From Leucoraja ocellata (Eukaryota): a DNA stretch of 64,000 nt. The stretch lies in the NCBI GenBank assembly GCA_036785375.1, contig JAWMAR010000032.1:6448001-6512000 (forward strand), given 5' to 3'. Position numbers and translations under genes: made by a program. This document shows, piece by piece, positions 61,834 through 64,000 of this stretch (its first letter is position 1; every line of letters begins with the position of its first letter). The notes under the pieces are model-generated. The model did no database searches. It saw only the letters and a program-made list of their open reading frames with translations, and was not told the origin of the DNA.

Positions 61834-61892
61834 CACTTTGACTAGGAACATTCGTCACAGGAGGGGAGAAAAAATAGCCATTAATGTACCAA
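61834..61892 (+). CDS. GCLC: GCLC coding exon 5 (gene continues beyond the window)
   Basis: Acceptor tttttcttcag. Translates (S)TLTRNIRHRRGEKIAINVP. 59 nt, donor GTAAGT. Frame is continuous with exons 1-4. Confidence 0.96.
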
Positions 61893-62704
61893 GTAAGTGA
61901 AAAAAGAACACATTTACAAATCATTACGTTCTATCGGCAGTGGCCTCTCATAAATATGTGTGCTGTTACATTTCTCCTATGTTTTTGACCACTTTGTCTG
62001 ATTGAATGATAGTATCACCCACCACTTTCCTTTGAATCCTCAGGATCTCTGCTCTTTTGGACAGTAAAGCTCTTTGACTGGTTTCCATGTCGATCAAAAT
62101 CATACTGGCAGGGCATTGATAAGAGATATGTCACCATTTTTTACTTGATTTCACCGTTCCCACCTGACCGGTGGATGTAAATTAGTTGCTAGCATCCGAG
62201 GGGGCTGGGGTCTGTACTTGGAGTATGCCATATGTTTTGAATTGCCTTGTATTGTATTAAAAACTGTTGAGTAAAATGTTTAGTATTAGAGGTCTACTCG
62301 GGTAGGAAGTGAAGATCTGATCCAAATACGACCAAACCAAATCCGCGGTTAAACAGATGACTGATGATACCTTTTAAATAAAACCTAATTACATTTAAAA
62401 CAAAGTCATCCAGGTGGCAAATTGATTTTCATGCTGCAGTTTGTAAAACTAAAAAAATATGATCAGGAGCTCAATCATAATTCCACTAATAGTCTGAGGT
62501 TAGAGTGATGGGGACATCCAGCATGGAAACAGGCCCTTTGGCCCCACTCGTCCATGCCAACTAAGATGCCACATCTAAGCTGATATCAAAGTCCCTCTAA
62601 ACTTTTCCAAAAAATGTACATGTCCAAATGTCTTTTTAATAGTTGTTATTGTACGTCTCAACTGACTTAAACTGAACACAGCTCTCCAAGTGTGGCCTCA
62701 TCAA

Positions 62705-63008
62705 CACGGCCACCAAGTGGCGCAGCGGTAGAGTTGCTGCCTTATAGAGCCAGAGCCCCGGGTTTGTTCCTGAATTTGGGTGCTTGTCTGTATGGAGTTT
62801 CTACATTCTCCCTGTTTCCGCGTGAGTTTTCTCTGGGTGCTCCGGTTTCCTCCCACACTCCAAAGAAGTACAGGTTTGTAGGCTAATTGGCTTGGTATAA
62901 TCGTAAATTATCCCTTTAGGATAGCGTTATGGTGCTGGAATTGCTGATCCGCGCAGCCTCGGTCGGTCGAAGGGCCTGTTTCCGCACTGTATCTTCAAAC
63001 TAAACTAA
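62705..63008 (+). mobile_element. tRNA-derived V-SINE nested in a CR1 fragment
   Basis: GTGGCGCAGCGGTAGAG head, V-domain, (CTAAA)n tail. Confidence 0.85.
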
Positions 63009-63193
63009 TCTTGTACCACTGTATCATAATATCCCAAATTCTTTACTCAATTACTTAACTGATAAGGCTGACATGCTAAAAACGCCCTGTTTCCGCACTG
63101 TATCTTCAAACTAAACTAACCTTGTACCACTATCATAATATCCCAAATTCTTTACTCAATTACTTAACTGATAAGGCTGACATGCTAAAAACG
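62975..63193 (+). repeat. About 110-bp tandem duplication
   Basis: 62975-63084 and 63086-63193 differ by one substitution and a 2-bp indel. Confidence 0.92.
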
Positions 63194-64000
63194 GCTTCAC
63201 GACCCAATGAAGCTGTCATGCAGCTTTCAGAGAACAATGTATTATTACTCCCAGATTCCCCTGCCCGACAACACTCCCCAGGGCCCTGCATTCATTGTGA
63301 AAGTCCTGCCCTGGTTTGACTTCCCAAAATGCAACACCTCCAACTTTCCTGAATGAAACTACGTGATTTCCTTAATGCTCCTCAATCCCCTAGATGCCTC
63401 CAGGGATCACTGGTCCCAGTTGCCTATACCTGACCCGTGCCTAGTTTTTTCTCAATTTCTCTTGTCATCCATTCTTTACTCATTCCTGCCTTGCCCTTCA
63501 CTCTGACAGGAACATGCATGACCCTTGAACACTCACTATGACCCTTTTAAAATAAATCTACTTCCCGGACGTCTCTTTGCCCAAAAGCAAACTACTCCAA
63601 TCAACATACGCAACTTTGTGTCCAATACCATCAATTTAGAACGTTAACTTGGGGTCCTGTCCTATCAGTTAATCATTTCTATTTTAAAGCAAATAGGATT
63701 GTGGTCGCTGGTCCCAAAAAAGCTCATTCACTGACAATTTAGTGACTTGGCCGTCCCAATTTCCTAATAGTGGGTCAAGCTTTGTCCTCTCCCATGTAAG
63801 GCCCTCAACATATTGCCAAAAGAAACTTCCTTGGAAACCTTCTTGGAAAGTTTCTTGAATTGGCCTCCACTGCCACAGAGGGCAGTGGAGGTCAATTCAA
63901 TTCACTGGATGTTTTTAAGAGAGAGTTAGATTTAGCTCTTGGGTCTAAAGGAATTAAGGGATATGGGGGGGAAAGCAGGAACGGGGTGGCTCATGGCCTA

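Noticed and set aside
62355-62500. Intronic C/D box snoRNA (TGATGA ... CTGA)
   Set aside because: Imperfect C box context, no convincing terminal stem, and no identifiable guide sequence.

Overview
Repeat-rich vertebrate genomic DNA. The repeat families (CR1 LINEs, HE1-like V-SINEs, Penelope-like elements, Rex1/Babar) suggest a cartilaginous fish, probably a skate or ray; this is an inference. The only host gene I can support is GCLC (glutamate-cysteine ligase catalytic subunit) on the + strand. Five coding exons lie in the window (33027-33176, 52934-53046, 54915-55097, 59702-59815, 61834-61892; 619 nt, 206 codons, all GT-AG) and the gene continues past the window end. A CpG island precedes it, holding a perfect ARE/AP-1 site, a YY1 site and three separate degenerate micro-repeat arrays: seven E-boxes with GC boxes, an ACTGTGTGC/TCAC repeat, and about 12 copies of a GATSC-N3-TTAACGG motif. 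The rest is heavily nested mobile DNA. It includes a young Rex1-type RT ORF, many CR1 fragments, V-SINEs, Penelope elements whose terminal repeats carry minimal hammerhead-ribozyme motifs, non-autonomous Helitrons with different promoter- or exon-like cargo, and hAT and Tc1 MITEs. There is one 219-nt assembly gap. I see no evidence of a wholly new protein-coding system; the most unusual signals are the GCLC 5' architecture, the ribozyme-bearing Penelope units and the Helitron cargo.
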